A stretch of 64,000 nucleotides of DNA from Candidatus Nomurabacteria bacterium. GTDB lineage: Bacteria; Patescibacteriota; Saccharimonadia; Saccharimonadales; JAGQNJ01. Under the pieces are notes generated by a model. That model saw only the letters and a program-made list of their open reading frames with translations, searched no databases and was not told the DNA's origin. Location: contig CP060231.1 of NCBI GenBank assembly GCA_023898625.1, forward strand, positions 212,258-276,257, given 5' to 3'. How positions within the stretch are numbered: position 1 is the stretch's first letter; every line of letters starts with the position of its first letter. Both the position numbers and the translations under genes were made by a program. This document shows, in pieces, positions 7,748 to 16,096 of the stretch.

Positions 7748-9373
7748 TTATGGAGTATATAATCTGTATTTTCCAGTACAGTATCTTTTACCTTCAGTAC
7801 CGTACGGAACTTGTTCCCTATTATTAGTCTTAGAGGCAGGCCTTTTGCGAGTAGACGGCTTAAAATATACTGTTAGTGTTACGCTATACCTTCGGCAACC
7901 AATGGCACCATTTGTCCTGATAATATCATCTTGTAGATTTTGGTGTCCTGCACTGCTATAATCATGCACCATCTGATCATTATAATTGCAACCTTTTTGC
8001 CCACTAGTGAGCTCTGTTGTATGCCCGTCACCCCACGACCACACACACCTATCTACTTCTGATGCAGGATTATCAGACCAATTAGAATATGATTGAGTCC
8101 AGCCCCATAACTTAGGAGGGCCAGGATCATCACAAAAGCTAGGCTGTCTAGGAGAGCCATCGCACGATCCGATATCTGCATTACCACTTGGGTCAGGGTC
8201 TGGGTCTGGCGTAGGAGATGGCGGGGGTACTACTCCCGTAAGCGTAACAGAGGTGCTACTATCACATTGATCATTAAGGCTTGTTCCGGTTAGTACCAGC
8301 AATTTGCATAGATCGTCGGTTGTTGAGATGGCAGAGTCTGGGAATAGGCCATCAAAATCCCCAATACTTAGACCTCCGTCAACTGGAACTCGCACCTGAA
8401 TTCGCCTTAACACATCAGAGGCCTTGCCGGTTACGTCAATTTCTGCCTGTCCGCCAGATAAGTTAATAGTACTACCACTACTATCTTTGGGCGTCATTAT
8501 TATTTTAGCAGATTGATATAAAGGCTGAACCACCACAAAATACGATGTGCGACCCAAGCCTGTAATACTTACGTTACAAGCATATCTATCAGGATCTACA
8601 GTACTTGAATCACAGTTACCGTCAACAAACTGTCCTTGCCTAGGATAGGTTGAATTTATACCACCATCTGAACCTAAGTAAGTAATACTATTATCTCCCG
8701 TTGCTTCTGTATTAGGATATAAAAACATTGTATGTGATCCTTGATTAATATCGTTTTTTGAGAGTGGCTGCGTAATACCACTAACATCTTTTGTAAATCC
8801 TGGAAAAATCGTAACCCTCAACATCGGGCCACTCATGCCACTAACTAACGTATGATCAGTTGGGTTTGAGGTTATTTGGCCGTTATCATTTCTTTGCCAA
8901 CTAATATCCAATTGCCCAATATTAACACTCGAATCAATACTTGTGACATAAGAACCGTCGGATGGATTAAGGTTATCAACCCTGTAGTCCGGTAAGGTTT
9001 GATCAATAAGCACACAAGAGTAGCTTACGTTATTTGAAATTTCGCTTTTGTATATTGGGCTTGGTTTTGAAGGATCATTAATTGTTTCTGCTACTTTGCT
9101 AAAGCTTCCTGGCCCCGAACATTCGGTTATATCATCTGTTAAGCCTGCTTTTATTGCACTTTGGGCATCAGCAATACCAGCCTCTGCGGCGTAAAAGGCC
9201 TGCTGACTAAGTTGACGATCTAGAGTGCGACGCTGTTCGCGCCGAACAATCAACGCAAAGCTACTAACCACCAAGGTGATTATAATCATAATAATCAACG
9301 AAACCGTTATTGATACCAGGCCTTCTTGGTTATTCTGCAACCTACTCATCTTCTTAGCGCTCATGCTTACCAT
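7748..9373 (-). CDS. PilX-N-like pilus-associated protein with Pro/Asp linker and C-terminal Cys-rich PKD-like domain
   Basis: The N-terminal hydrophobic helix followed by 'RREQRRTLDRQLSQQAFYAAEAGIADA' matches the PilX N-terminal domain pattern. A 'PPPSPTPDPDPDPSG' linker follows. The C-terminus 'WSWGDGHTT...HDYS...YSVTLTVY' resembles a PKD domain. It is the last gene of the pilus cluster. Confidence 0.6.
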   Translation of the reverse strand: MVSMSAKKMSRLQNNQEGLVSITVSLIIMIIITLVVSSFALIVRREQRRTLDRQLSQQAFYAAEAGIADAQSAIKAGLTDDITECSGPGSFSKVAETINDPSKPSPIYKSEISNNVSYSCVLIDQTLPDYRVDNLNPSDGSYVTSIDSSVNIGQLDISWQRNDNGQITSNPTDHTLVSGMSGPMLRVTIFPGFTKDVSGITQPLSKNDINQGSHTMFLYPNTEATGDNSITYLGSDGGINSTYPRQGQFVDGNCDSSTVDPDRYACNVSITGLGRTSYFVVVQPLYQSAKIIMTPKDSSGSTINLSGGQAEIDVTGKASDVLRRIQVRVPVDGGLSIGDFDGLFPDSAISTTDDLCKLLVLTGTSLNDQCDSSTSVTLTGVVPPPSPTPDPDPDPSGNADIGSCDGSPRQPSFCDDPGPPKLWGWTQSYSNWSDNPASEVDRCVWSWGDGHTTELTSGQKGCNYNDQMVHDYSSAGHQNLQDDIIRTNGAIGCRRYSVTLTVYFKPSTRKRPASKTNNREQVPYGTEGKRYCTGKYRLYTP

Positions 9374-9385
9374 TAATATACACCA

Positions 9386-10039
9386 TTATTTTATTCTTTT
9401 AAATACTATTGTTGAATAATTTACCGCTGAACACCACTGACTACCAGCAACCTGACCTTTGCATTTGTCGCCATCTATCAAATCATCATCACCATATATC
9501 ACTGTTAGCTTAACCTCATACAGCCCTGTTTCATTACCGACAGAGTCTTTTAGAGCGTTTACCTCTAATTTAGATACTCGCATGTTGTCTGATAGCATGT
9601 CATGCCCTGCTGAAGGATCACTTTTAAGATCTGGTACGCCCGTACTACAAGCACCAGAATTATCAATTTTATCTCGCCACATCGCATGCTTAATATTATC
9701 TGTATCTGAGCCCTGCTTTACACCTTTAACGAAGGTGAATCGATTATTGCCAATACACACAACAGACACATCATGATTAGTAGTTGGGGCATCCCCCAGG
9801 GATACAGTACTAGCATCATCTTTACCCACGATGGTAGCGCTTTCGTACTGGATTGCTTGGGTTATTGAATCTAGTATTGCTTTTGCAGATGTTTGAGTAT
9901 TAGAAACAATAATACCTTTATAATAAAGCCGGCTAATCTGAATTATCGCCACACTGGCGCCCAAAATAACAAAAGAAAACACAGCCGACGCTATTAAGAG
10001 TTCTACTATAGTAAAGCCGTTTTGCTTATTGATTCTCAT
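9386..10039 (-). CDS. minor (pseudo)pilin with prepilin-type N-terminal signal
   Basis: 'MRINKQNG/FTIVELLIASAVFSF' has G-1, F+1 and E+5. The start was moved to the ATG at 10039, which forms an ATGA overlap with the upstream stop (10036-10039). Confidence 0.8.
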   Translation of the reverse strand: MRINKQNGFTIVELLIASAVFSFVILGASVAIIQISRLYYKGIIVSNTQTSAKAILDSITQAIQYESATIVGKDDASTVSLGDAPTTNHDVSVVCIGNNRFTFVKGVKQGSDTDNIKHAMWRDKIDNSGACSTGVPDLKSDPSAGHDMLSDNMRVSKLEVNALKDSVGNETGLYEVKLTVIYGDDDLIDGDKCKGQVAGSQWCSAVNYSTIVFKRIK

Positions 10040-10596
10040 ATAACAACATACCTGTCTGCAACTACAATACTTTCTTCTCCGCCACCACCTGCACGATCCC
10101 ACTTAACAGTAACTTTATAAGTAAGTTGCTTTTTGTCCAGCTTAGGATCGTTATCATAGTTCAAAAAGGTTAAATCGGTGGTAACTGATATTTTATATCG
10201 CCCGTCGATACCTTGACTACAATCGTTGGGCGCCGTTGTCGCCGTAATTCTTGAAACAGGAGGAGTTCCTTGAGTAGTTGTGGCAACACAAAATGAGACT
10301 TTATTCCAAGTAACCGAAGGAATGATTAAGCTATCCCATTCTGTACCTGTTGTATTAATAAAACCATTGTTATTTAACGATTCTAAATTAGGGTTATCCT
10401 GAACCTTCCAACGGATGGCCTCTAGCTGACCTTCGGCAATTTTGGTTGCCTCGCTTCGTTCTTGGGCAACCTGCACACCATTTAAGCTACGCGTTGCAAT
10501 TGAATACCCACCACCAATAATCAACATCAGTACCGTTAAGGCAATCATTACCTCAACAATAGTATCGCCTTTGTTAGTTAATTTTCTTATGAACAT
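10036..10596 (-). CDS. minor (pseudo)pilin with prepilin-type N-terminal signal
   Basis: 'MFIRKLTNKG/DTIVEVMIALTVLMLII' has E at +5. The ATG at 10596 is preferred over the TTG at 10608. Confidence 0.75.
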   Translation of the reverse strand: MFIRKLTNKGDTIVEVMIALTVLMLIIGGGYSIATRSLNGVQVAQERSEATKIAEGQLEAIRWKVQDNPNLESLNNNGFINTTGTEWDSLIIPSVTWNKVSFCVATTTQGTPPVSRITATTAPNDCSQGIDGRYKISVTTDLTFLNYDNDPKLDKKQLTYKVTVKWDRAGGGGEESIVVADRYVVI

Positions 10597-11387
10597 TTTG
10601 TGTCCCAATCACTCTTATTAACTATCTGCTTTTCTACGTTCATGGCGTTGCCGTTTGCACCAAGTGTCACTAGTGCATACTGATTGGTGGTTCCACTCTT
10701 TACGCACAACAAAATACCTTTATTTGTCACATTAAGACCCCTAAGATCGGGGTCTATAGTTGAGTTATTTACAGAACCTGAAACGGGGGCAATAGCGACT
10801 TGTGTTGCTCCATTTAGCGAACCACCGCCTAAGCTTGACCCAAAAGATTGTACATAAGCCACACCACCGTATTCAGTGCCATCTGAAACAACCTTCTCTA
10901 CACTTAAGCCAAAGCCATTAGTGTATTCTTGAGTGCCGAAGTCTGGGCTAATTTTTGCCTGAGCCTCACTTAGTGAACTAGCAATTTCTCCTGAGCTATC
11001 TAAGCGTCTACCAAAAATCGTATAAACCTTTAGTTTGTCGCATTCGTTCCCAGGATTAGTACACCCAACAGAGCCGAACTTTACGGCCTGCCCTATGAAA
11101 ATACAGCTCGCATTTTCGCCCTGATCCGCATTACCTGGGACAATACTACCATTATTGCATTTTGCTTTATTCGTATTAGGATAATACCCGGTCGCTACCT
11201 GGTTGCTAATATCGGTCATCTGCGATACCAGCTCGTTCAAAGATTTTTGAAACTGTGTTTTGGGTATTCTTTGCTGGAACAACAGCAAAGCACTAGCCAA
11301 CAAAGCTGACATCACTGTTAAAACAATGATTGTTTCTAAAATAGTGAACCCGCCCACATTACGACGAAGGTTACGAATCATAGGCAA
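10587..11387 (-). CDS. minor (pseudo)pilin with prepilin-type N-terminal signal
   Basis: 'MPMIRNLRRNVGG/FTILETIIVLTVMSAL' is a class III signal peptide with E+5. Confidence 0.8.
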   Translation of the reverse strand: MPMIRNLRRNVGGFTILETIIVLTVMSALLASALLLFQQRIPKTQFQKSLNELVSQMTDISNQVATGYYPNTNKAKCNNGSIVPGNADQGENASCIFIGQAVKFGSVGCTNPGNECDKLKVYTIFGRRLDSSGEIASSLSEAQAKISPDFGTQEYTNGFGLSVEKVVSDGTEYGGVAYVQSFGSSLGGGSLNGATQVAIAPVSGSVNNSTIDPDLRGLNVTNKGILLCVKSGTTNQYALVTLGANGNAMNVEKQIVNKSDWDTKCS

Positions 11388-11402
11388 ATTATAGCATAAG
11401 CA

Positions 11403-12200
11403 CTAACCCATGAACAAAAAGGTTTTGGTATACCAATCTATCATCTGACTGCCAAATAAAAAAACAATTATTGTTGCAATTATCAACAGTGGACCAAATG
11501 GGATTTTAGACCGTGCATTCAATTTTTTACTAACCAGTAGTGGCAATACTAAAAATGTACCGATAACCGATGCCAAAAAAATCAACAAGAAAACATTAAT
11601 AATAGACCCTGCTATAAGCCCTAGTGCGTAAGACATCTTAACATCACCCCCGCCAATCCACCTGCCATCTGAAAACTGAAACAATACCCAGAAAATAGCA
11701 AAAAACACCAAACCAGACACAACTGACCAAAATAACCCTAGCCAACTGCTGTTTAAGATTGCCAATAAGGTAACCAAAATGCTAGCCAAAATAGTTAAGG
11801 GCAAGACCATCTTGTTGGGTAGCAACTTCCATTTAAGGTCATAGACAAGTAGTGCCATAAAGACTACCAAACAGCCCAGCCACGATATAAAGGCCAGCCA
11901 GCCTAGCAATGTTAGTGAGTATGGCCAAAAAGCATAAGACAATGCAAACAATAGCGCAGTAAATAACTCAACAGCAGGATATTGAGCCGATATAGGTTTT
12001 TTACAATAACGGCACTTGCCCCTCAAACTCAACCAGCTAAGCACTGGCACTAAGTCTTTAGCCCGTAAAACATGTTTGCAATTTGGACAAATAGAACGCT
12101 CGCTCACCCAGTTTTTACGCTTTTTGAACCGCCAAACGTAGGCATTAACAAAGCTACCAAAAATAAGCCCAAAAACAAATAAGATAAGCACAATCATCAC
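11403..12200 (-). CDS. pilD: prepilin peptidase / N-methyltransferase (A24 family)
   Basis: Zinc-binding 'CPNCKH...CRYCKKPISAQYPAVE', multiple TM helices, and 'GGGDVKM' containing a catalytic Asp. Confidence 0.9.
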   Translation of the reverse strand: MMIVLILFVFGLIFGSFVNAYVWRFKKRKNWVSERSICPNCKHVLRAKDLVPVLSWLSLRGKCRYCKKPISAQYPAVELFTALLFALSYAFWPYSLTLLGWLAFISWLGCLVVFMALLVYDLKWKLLPNKMVLPLTILASILVTLLAILNSSWLGLFWSVVSGLVFFAIFWVLFQFSDGRWIGGGDVKMSYALGLIAGSIINVFLLIFLASVIGTFLVLPLLVSKKLNARSKIPFGPLLIIATIIVFLFGSQMIDWYTKTFLFMG

Positions 12201-12220
12201 TAATATAGTACACTAACTTA

Positions 12221-12252
12221 CCCTTTTAAGAGGACTGTCCTCATAAAAAGGG
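12221..12252. repeat. near-perfect 32-bp palindrome carrying the REP core
   Basis: CCCTTTTAAGAGGACTGTCCTCATAAAAAGGG. Its reverse complement contains TTTTATGAGGACAGTCCTC, which matches the repeats at 12910-13055. Confidence 0.75.
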
Positions 12253-12260
12253 TTTTTGTG

Positions 12261-12884
12261 TTATAGTATAGTATTTGCCAGTTCGTACTTTATTTCGTCA
12301 AGCTTGTCCTTGTAATCCACGTAGTCTGCTAGAAATTTTTTGTATTCTTCCCTATCGTTGTTAAACATAGCCAAAACAGCATCTGGATGAACCCACTCTG
12401 CTTTTTGACCAGATAAATAGTACCCGATGCTACTGTAGGGTGTAGTCTGCCATTGCTTACGGTTGAGGTGTATATAGCGCGAGATATGCTCTACATATTG
12501 TTGGCTAGCTATTAAAGAAGCCTTATAACGACTCTCAAACAATGATCCAGTTCTGTTGTATTTGTTATTAAAGTAACGTGAGTAGCTACCCATTACGCCT
12601 CGCATAAGCTTCTGCATTGCGCCTTCTTCGTGCTGATAAAGTAATAAGTGAAAATGATTACGCATCAGGCAGTAGCATAGTAAATCCAAACGACCATACA
12701 GATGTGGATATGATACCTGATGTTTATCGAGGGTTGGTTTTTTTGATAAGTAGCGCGCAAAAAGTTTTGTGAAATAATTGTAATCAGCGTCATCAATGAA
12801 AATTTCTGATTTGCTGTGCCCTCGCGCATAGACGTGATAGTAACCGTCAGCTATATCGATTTTAATAACGTTACGGCTTGGCAT
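12261..12884 (-). CDS. REP-associated tyrosine transposase (RAYT; IS200/IS605 Y1 family)
   Basis: 'YHVYARG', the HUH motif 'NHFHLLL', and 'GSLFESRYKA' carrying the catalytic-Tyr region. 207 aa. Confidence 0.8.
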   Translation of the reverse strand: MPSRNVIKIDIADGYYHVYARGHSKSEIFIDDADYNYFTKLFARYLSKKPTLDKHQVSYPHLYGRLDLLCYCLMRNHFHLLLYQHEEGAMQKLMRGVMGSYSRYFNNKYNRTGSLFESRYKASLIASQQYVEHISRYIHLNRKQWQTTPYSSIGYYLSGQKAEWVHPDAVLAMFNNDREEYKKFLADYVDYKDKLDEIKYELANTIL

Positions 12885-12909
12885 GTCAGTAATGATAGCT
12901 CAGTAAAAT

Positions 12910-13055
12910 ATATTATGCAATCTTTTGTACTTTTATGAGGAACGTCCTCCAGAAAGATATTATGCAATCTTTTGTACTTTTGTGAGGAACGTCCTCCTGA
13001 AATTTATCGATATTATGCAATCTTTTGTACTTTTATGAGGAACGTCCTCCAGAAA
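12910..13055. repeat. three tandem 46-bp REP-like units
   Basis: Units lie at 12910-12955, 12957-13002 and 13010-13055. Each reads ATATTATGCAATCTTTTGTACTTTT(A/G)TGAGGAACGTCCTCC(A/T)GAAA. Each carries the hairpin GAGGA-ACG-TCCTC. Spacers are 1 and 7 bp. Confidence 0.9.
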
Positions 13056-13096
13056 AGTATCATGGGTTTTGGTGGTGGTTTATAGGGGCAGTTTGT

Positions 13097-13139
13097 GTGA
13101 AGGGTGTAGCTATTTTGTGAAAGGTGTGGCTATTTTGTG
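13097..13139. repeat. tandem 20-bp direct repeat
   Basis: GTGAAGGGTGTAGCTATTTT / GTGAAAGGTGTGGCTATTTT, followed by a partial third GTGG. It lies between the pilA terminator and the REP array. Confidence 0.7.
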
Positions 13140-13144
13140 GCAAA

Positions 13145-13170
13145 GAAAAAACGGGGTTTCCCCCGTTTTC
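13145..13170 (-). terminator. rho-independent terminator of pilA
   Basis: Stem ACGGGG/CCCCGT (13151-13156 / 13160-13165) with loop TTT, flanked by an A-run and a T-run. On the minus strand the hairpin is followed by TTTTTT. It starts 18 nt downstream of the pilA stop. Confidence 0.85.
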
Positions 13171-13187
13171 TCAGAATACAATGAGCT

Positions 13188-13682
13188 TTAGCCTGCACTC
13201 ACACATTGCGTGGTCGAACCAGAACCTGAATTTTCAGAATTAAACAGCACTACACCACCTCTAGGAGCGTATGATACCATACCGGCCATATTTGTTGCAG
13301 AATATCCTAGAGTTGGATCACATTTTGCATTAACTATAACTACAACTGAATCAGTATCCGCGGGCGCAGCACCAGGATTAGCCGAAGAACTGGTTAACGA
13401 ACGGATTGTTACTCCTGACGTCTTATAAAAACCCAATTTAGCATTATCTGTTACATTTGCTGCCGTGGTAGGCGATGATCCACCGTGATTGTTGACATAC
13501 TCTGAGTACGCACTAGCCAATGCGGCAGAATCATTTTTTCGTTGCGTGTTGCGTGAGTTCCGTTGTAGTGCAGGTATTGCCAAGAACACTATTAGTAGTA
13601 TTAAACCTGCAATGGCAAGCACAATCAAAACTTCGATTATAGTGAAGCCTTCTTCTCTTTTAGTTTTATATTTTTGTAACAT
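13188..13682 (-). CDS. pilA: major type IV pilin
   Basis: 'MLQKYKTKREEG/FTIIEVLIVLAIAGLILLIVFLAIPALQRN' is a class III signal with E+5. The protein is 164 aa with a C-terminal Cys pair (C...C). An SD AAGGGGG precedes it, and it has its own promoter and terminator. Confidence 0.85.
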   Translation of the reverse strand: MLQKYKTKREEGFTIIEVLIVLAIAGLILLIVFLAIPALQRNSRNTQRKNDSAALASAYSEYVNNHGGSSPTTAANVTDNAKLGFYKTSGVTIRSLTSSSANPGAAPADTDSVVVIVNAKCDPTLGYSATNMAGMVSYAPRGGVVLFNSENSGSGSTTQCVSAG

Positions 13683-13735
13683 TACTTTGCCCCCTTTATA
13701 CGGTTATTACTTAAAGCTTAATGCTTATGGTTAAG

Positions 13736-13764
13736 ATATTAAGCTTTTGTAATACAAAATGCAA
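13736..13764 (-). promoter_or_regulatory. putative sigma-70-type promoter of pilA
   Basis: On the minus strand: TTGCAT (13764-13759), a 17-nt spacer, then TAATAT (13741-13736). This is about 50 nt upstream of the pilA ATG. Confidence 0.5.
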
Positions 13765-13779
13765 GCACTTTTGCACAAG

Positions 13780-15000
13780 TTAAACAATATTGGTTTGGTT
13801 AACCAAACCATACACTGGCAACAACACCGCGGCGACGATAGTAAACGCAACAATACCTAGTAGAACCATCAAAATAGGCTCAATAATTGTGGAGATGGTC
13901 TTAATTTGGTTATCTACCTCTTTTTCGTAATAGTCGGCGGTTTTGGCTAGCATATCCTCCAAAGAGCCAGATTCTTCGCCAATATGAATCATGTCTGGCA
14001 CCAAGCTTAAGAAGTTTGGATCGCCACGGAGAGCATCAGATAACGACTTACCACCCTTAACTTTGTCTATGGCCTTTCTGACAGACCGCTCAATATGCAC
14101 GTTATCTACCGCTCTAGCAACTATTTCGAGCATTTGAATAAGTGGCACGCCACTAGCTACCAATGTAGTACCTGTGCGCGTAATACGCGCCATGTATACC
14201 TTCATGAATAACGGCCCAAAAACTGGCAACTTCATCTTTGCTTTATCAATAGCCTCTTTGCCCCCCATGGTTCTTGCCCAACGGGTAGTAAAGAATATCG
14301 ACAACGCCAAAACAATTAAAACGATATACCAGTATTTAATTGTAAAATTAGATACTGCCAATAATATTTTGGTGATCAATGGCAGGTTAGCTCCCGGTAA
14401 GTCGGCGTAGATCTTTTCTACTTGAGGCATGACCGTTACAATCATAAAGCCTACAACCGCAATCATCACTACGATAACAATTGCTGGATAGACCATTGCC
14501 CCACGGATTTTACTGATGATTTCGGCATCTTTTTCTTGCTGGTTGGCAATACGCTCTAGCGCTTTATCTAGCGTACCAGATACTTCACCAGCCGCCACTA
14601 AGCTAACAAAAACTTCGTTAAATACTTTTGGATACTTGCTAAGTGCTACAGAAAATGCACTACCAGCCTCTATATCAACAATAATCTTGCCGATAATAGC
14701 TTGCAGAGCCTTGTTTTGAGTTTGGCTAGAAACATTGCGCAGAGACTGAACCAGTGGCAACCCAGCATTGATTAAAGTTGATAGTTGCCGAGAGAATAAA
14801 ACCTTGTCTTTGGTGGTAATTCGGTTAGTTATCCTGTTTAATATGCCGTTGCTGGATTCGCTACTTGGCGTGACGTCAATAACCGTCAGGCCTTGTTGTT
14901 TTATTAACCTTGAGGCCGATTGAATGCTATCTGCCTGAACCTCTGAGGATATTTTTTTGCCTGTAGCTGGGTCTCGCGCTTGATATTTAAAAGACTGCAC
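13780..15000 (-). CDS. pilC: type IV pilus platform protein (GspF/PilC family)
   Basis: 406 aa with two T2SS-F repeats ('...LSTLINAGLPLVQSL...', '...LVASGVPLIQML...') and three TM segments. Confidence 0.9.
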   Translation of the reverse strand: MQSFKYQARDPATGKKISSEVQADSIQSASRLIKQQGLTVIDVTPSSESSNGILNRITNRITTKDKVLFSRQLSTLINAGLPLVQSLRNVSSQTQNKALQAIIGKIIVDIEAGSAFSVALSKYPKVFNEVFVSLVAAGEVSGTLDKALERIANQQEKDAEIISKIRGAMVYPAIVIVVMIAVVGFMIVTVMPQVEKIYADLPGANLPLITKILLAVSNFTIKYWYIVLIVLALSIFFTTRWARTMGGKEAIDKAKMKLPVFGPLFMKVYMARITRTGTTLVASGVPLIQMLEIVARAVDNVHIERSVRKAIDKVKGGKSLSDALRGDPNFLSLVPDMIHIGEESGSLEDMLAKTADYYEKEVDNQIKTISTIIEPILMVLLGIVAFTIVAAVLLPVYGLVNQTNIV

Positions 15001-15004
15001 TTAA

Positions 15005-16072
15005 TTAACTCCTCATTAACCTATCTAGTTCATCTAAATCAACAGCATAGTTACGTGCTTCGTCATAGGTAATTGTACCAGCATGAATTAAGCCAACAAG
15101 TGTTTTATCCATAGACTGCATACCAAATTCTGCCCCAGTTTGAATAACCGCCTCAAGTTGGTGAGTTTTGCCTTCTCGAATAATATTGCGTACTGCAGGA
15201 GTAGCCACCAACACCTCGGCGGCAGCCACCCGACCTCCACCAATAGACGGTATCAGACGCTGTGAACAAATGGCCATTAAAATATTTGATAGCTGAGCTC
15301 TAACCTGAGGCTGTTGATGTGGCGGAAAGACGTCTATCATACGATCGATACTCTGAGATGCTGAGTTAGTATGGAGCGTAGCAAAAACTAGGTGGCCGGT
15401 TTCGGCAATTGTAATTGCTGAGGCAATTGTTTCTAAGTCACGCATTTCTCCGATAAGCACAACATCAGGGTCTTCACGCAAAGCACTACGAAGAGCTGCC
15501 GAGAATGAATATGTATCGTAATGAACTTCTCTTTGAACAACCAATGATTTTTTTGACTTATGCGTAAACTCGATTGGGTCTTCAATGGTAATAATATGGT
15601 CTGCCCGCTCGGAGTTGATTTTATCAAGTAAGGCGGCGAGCGATGTTGATTTGCCTGATCCCGTTGGCCCTGTAACCAACACAAGACCTCTTGGATACTG
15701 CGCAAACTTGTTGACTACATTTGGTAATCCTAGTTGCTCGATAGTCAATATCTCATTCGGTATCAAACGCAAAGCAGAGGCTAGATTGCCTCTTTCGTGG
15801 AATGCATTAACACGGAAACGACCCAAATCGCCGAAGGCAAAGCTGAAATCAAACTCTTTGTCTTTAAGAAGAACTTGCTTTTGGTCGTCATCCAACATTG
15901 CAAAAACTAAGCCCTCCACAACCTCCTCAGACATAGGCTGAGTACCAGGAATAGGTGCAAGGTGACCATCAATACGAAGCATTGGTGGCATTCCTACTTG
16001 CAAATGTAAATCTGAAGCCTTCTTCTTGACGACTTCTTCTAGTAGTATTTCTATTCTTGGCTGTGCTTCCAT
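15005..16072 (-). CDS. pilT: twitching-motility retraction ATPase
   Basis: 355 aa. Motifs are 'ASDLHL..G.PP..RI.G', Walker A 'GPTGSGKST', an Asp box/Walker B 'VLIGEMRD' and a His box 'TGHLVFATLHT'. It lacks the long N-terminal domain of PilB. Confidence 0.9.
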   Translation of the reverse strand: MEAQPRIEILLEEVVKKKASDLHLQVGMPPMLRIDGHLAPIPGTQPMSEEVVEGLVFAMLDDDQKQVLLKDKEFDFSFAFGDLGRFRVNAFHERGNLASALRLIPNEILTIEQLGLPNVVNKFAQYPRGLVLVTGPTGSGKSTSLAALLDKINSERADHIITIEDPIEFTHKSKKSLVVQREVHYDTYSFSAALRSALREDPDVVLIGEMRDLETIASAITIAETGHLVFATLHTNSASQSIDRMIDVFPPHQQPQVRAQLSNILMAICSQRLIPSIGGGRVAAAEVLVATPAVRNIIREGKTHQLEAVIQTGAEFGMQSMDKTLVGLIHAGTITYDEARNYAVDLDELDRLMRS

Positions 16073-16096
16073 TATTTTATCCCACCTTTTCTTACT

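Larger units (their letters stand above)
12221..13055 (-). mobile_element. REP/RAYT unit: Y1 transposase flanked by inverted REP-like hairpin repeats
   Basis: An IS200-like Y1 transposase gene is flanked by one REP-like hairpin on its 3' side and three tandem copies on its 5' side. The two flanks are in inverted orientation. The shared core is TTTTATGAGGA(C/A)(A/C)GTCCTC. Confidence 0.7.

Noticed and set aside
12910-13055. A possible CRISPR array, given three near-identical 46-bp repeats.
   Set aside because: The 'spacers' are only 1 and 7 bp, there are only three units, and no cas genes are nearby. The repeats share their core with an inverted copy on the other side of a Y1 transposase, which fits a REP/RAYT arrangement.
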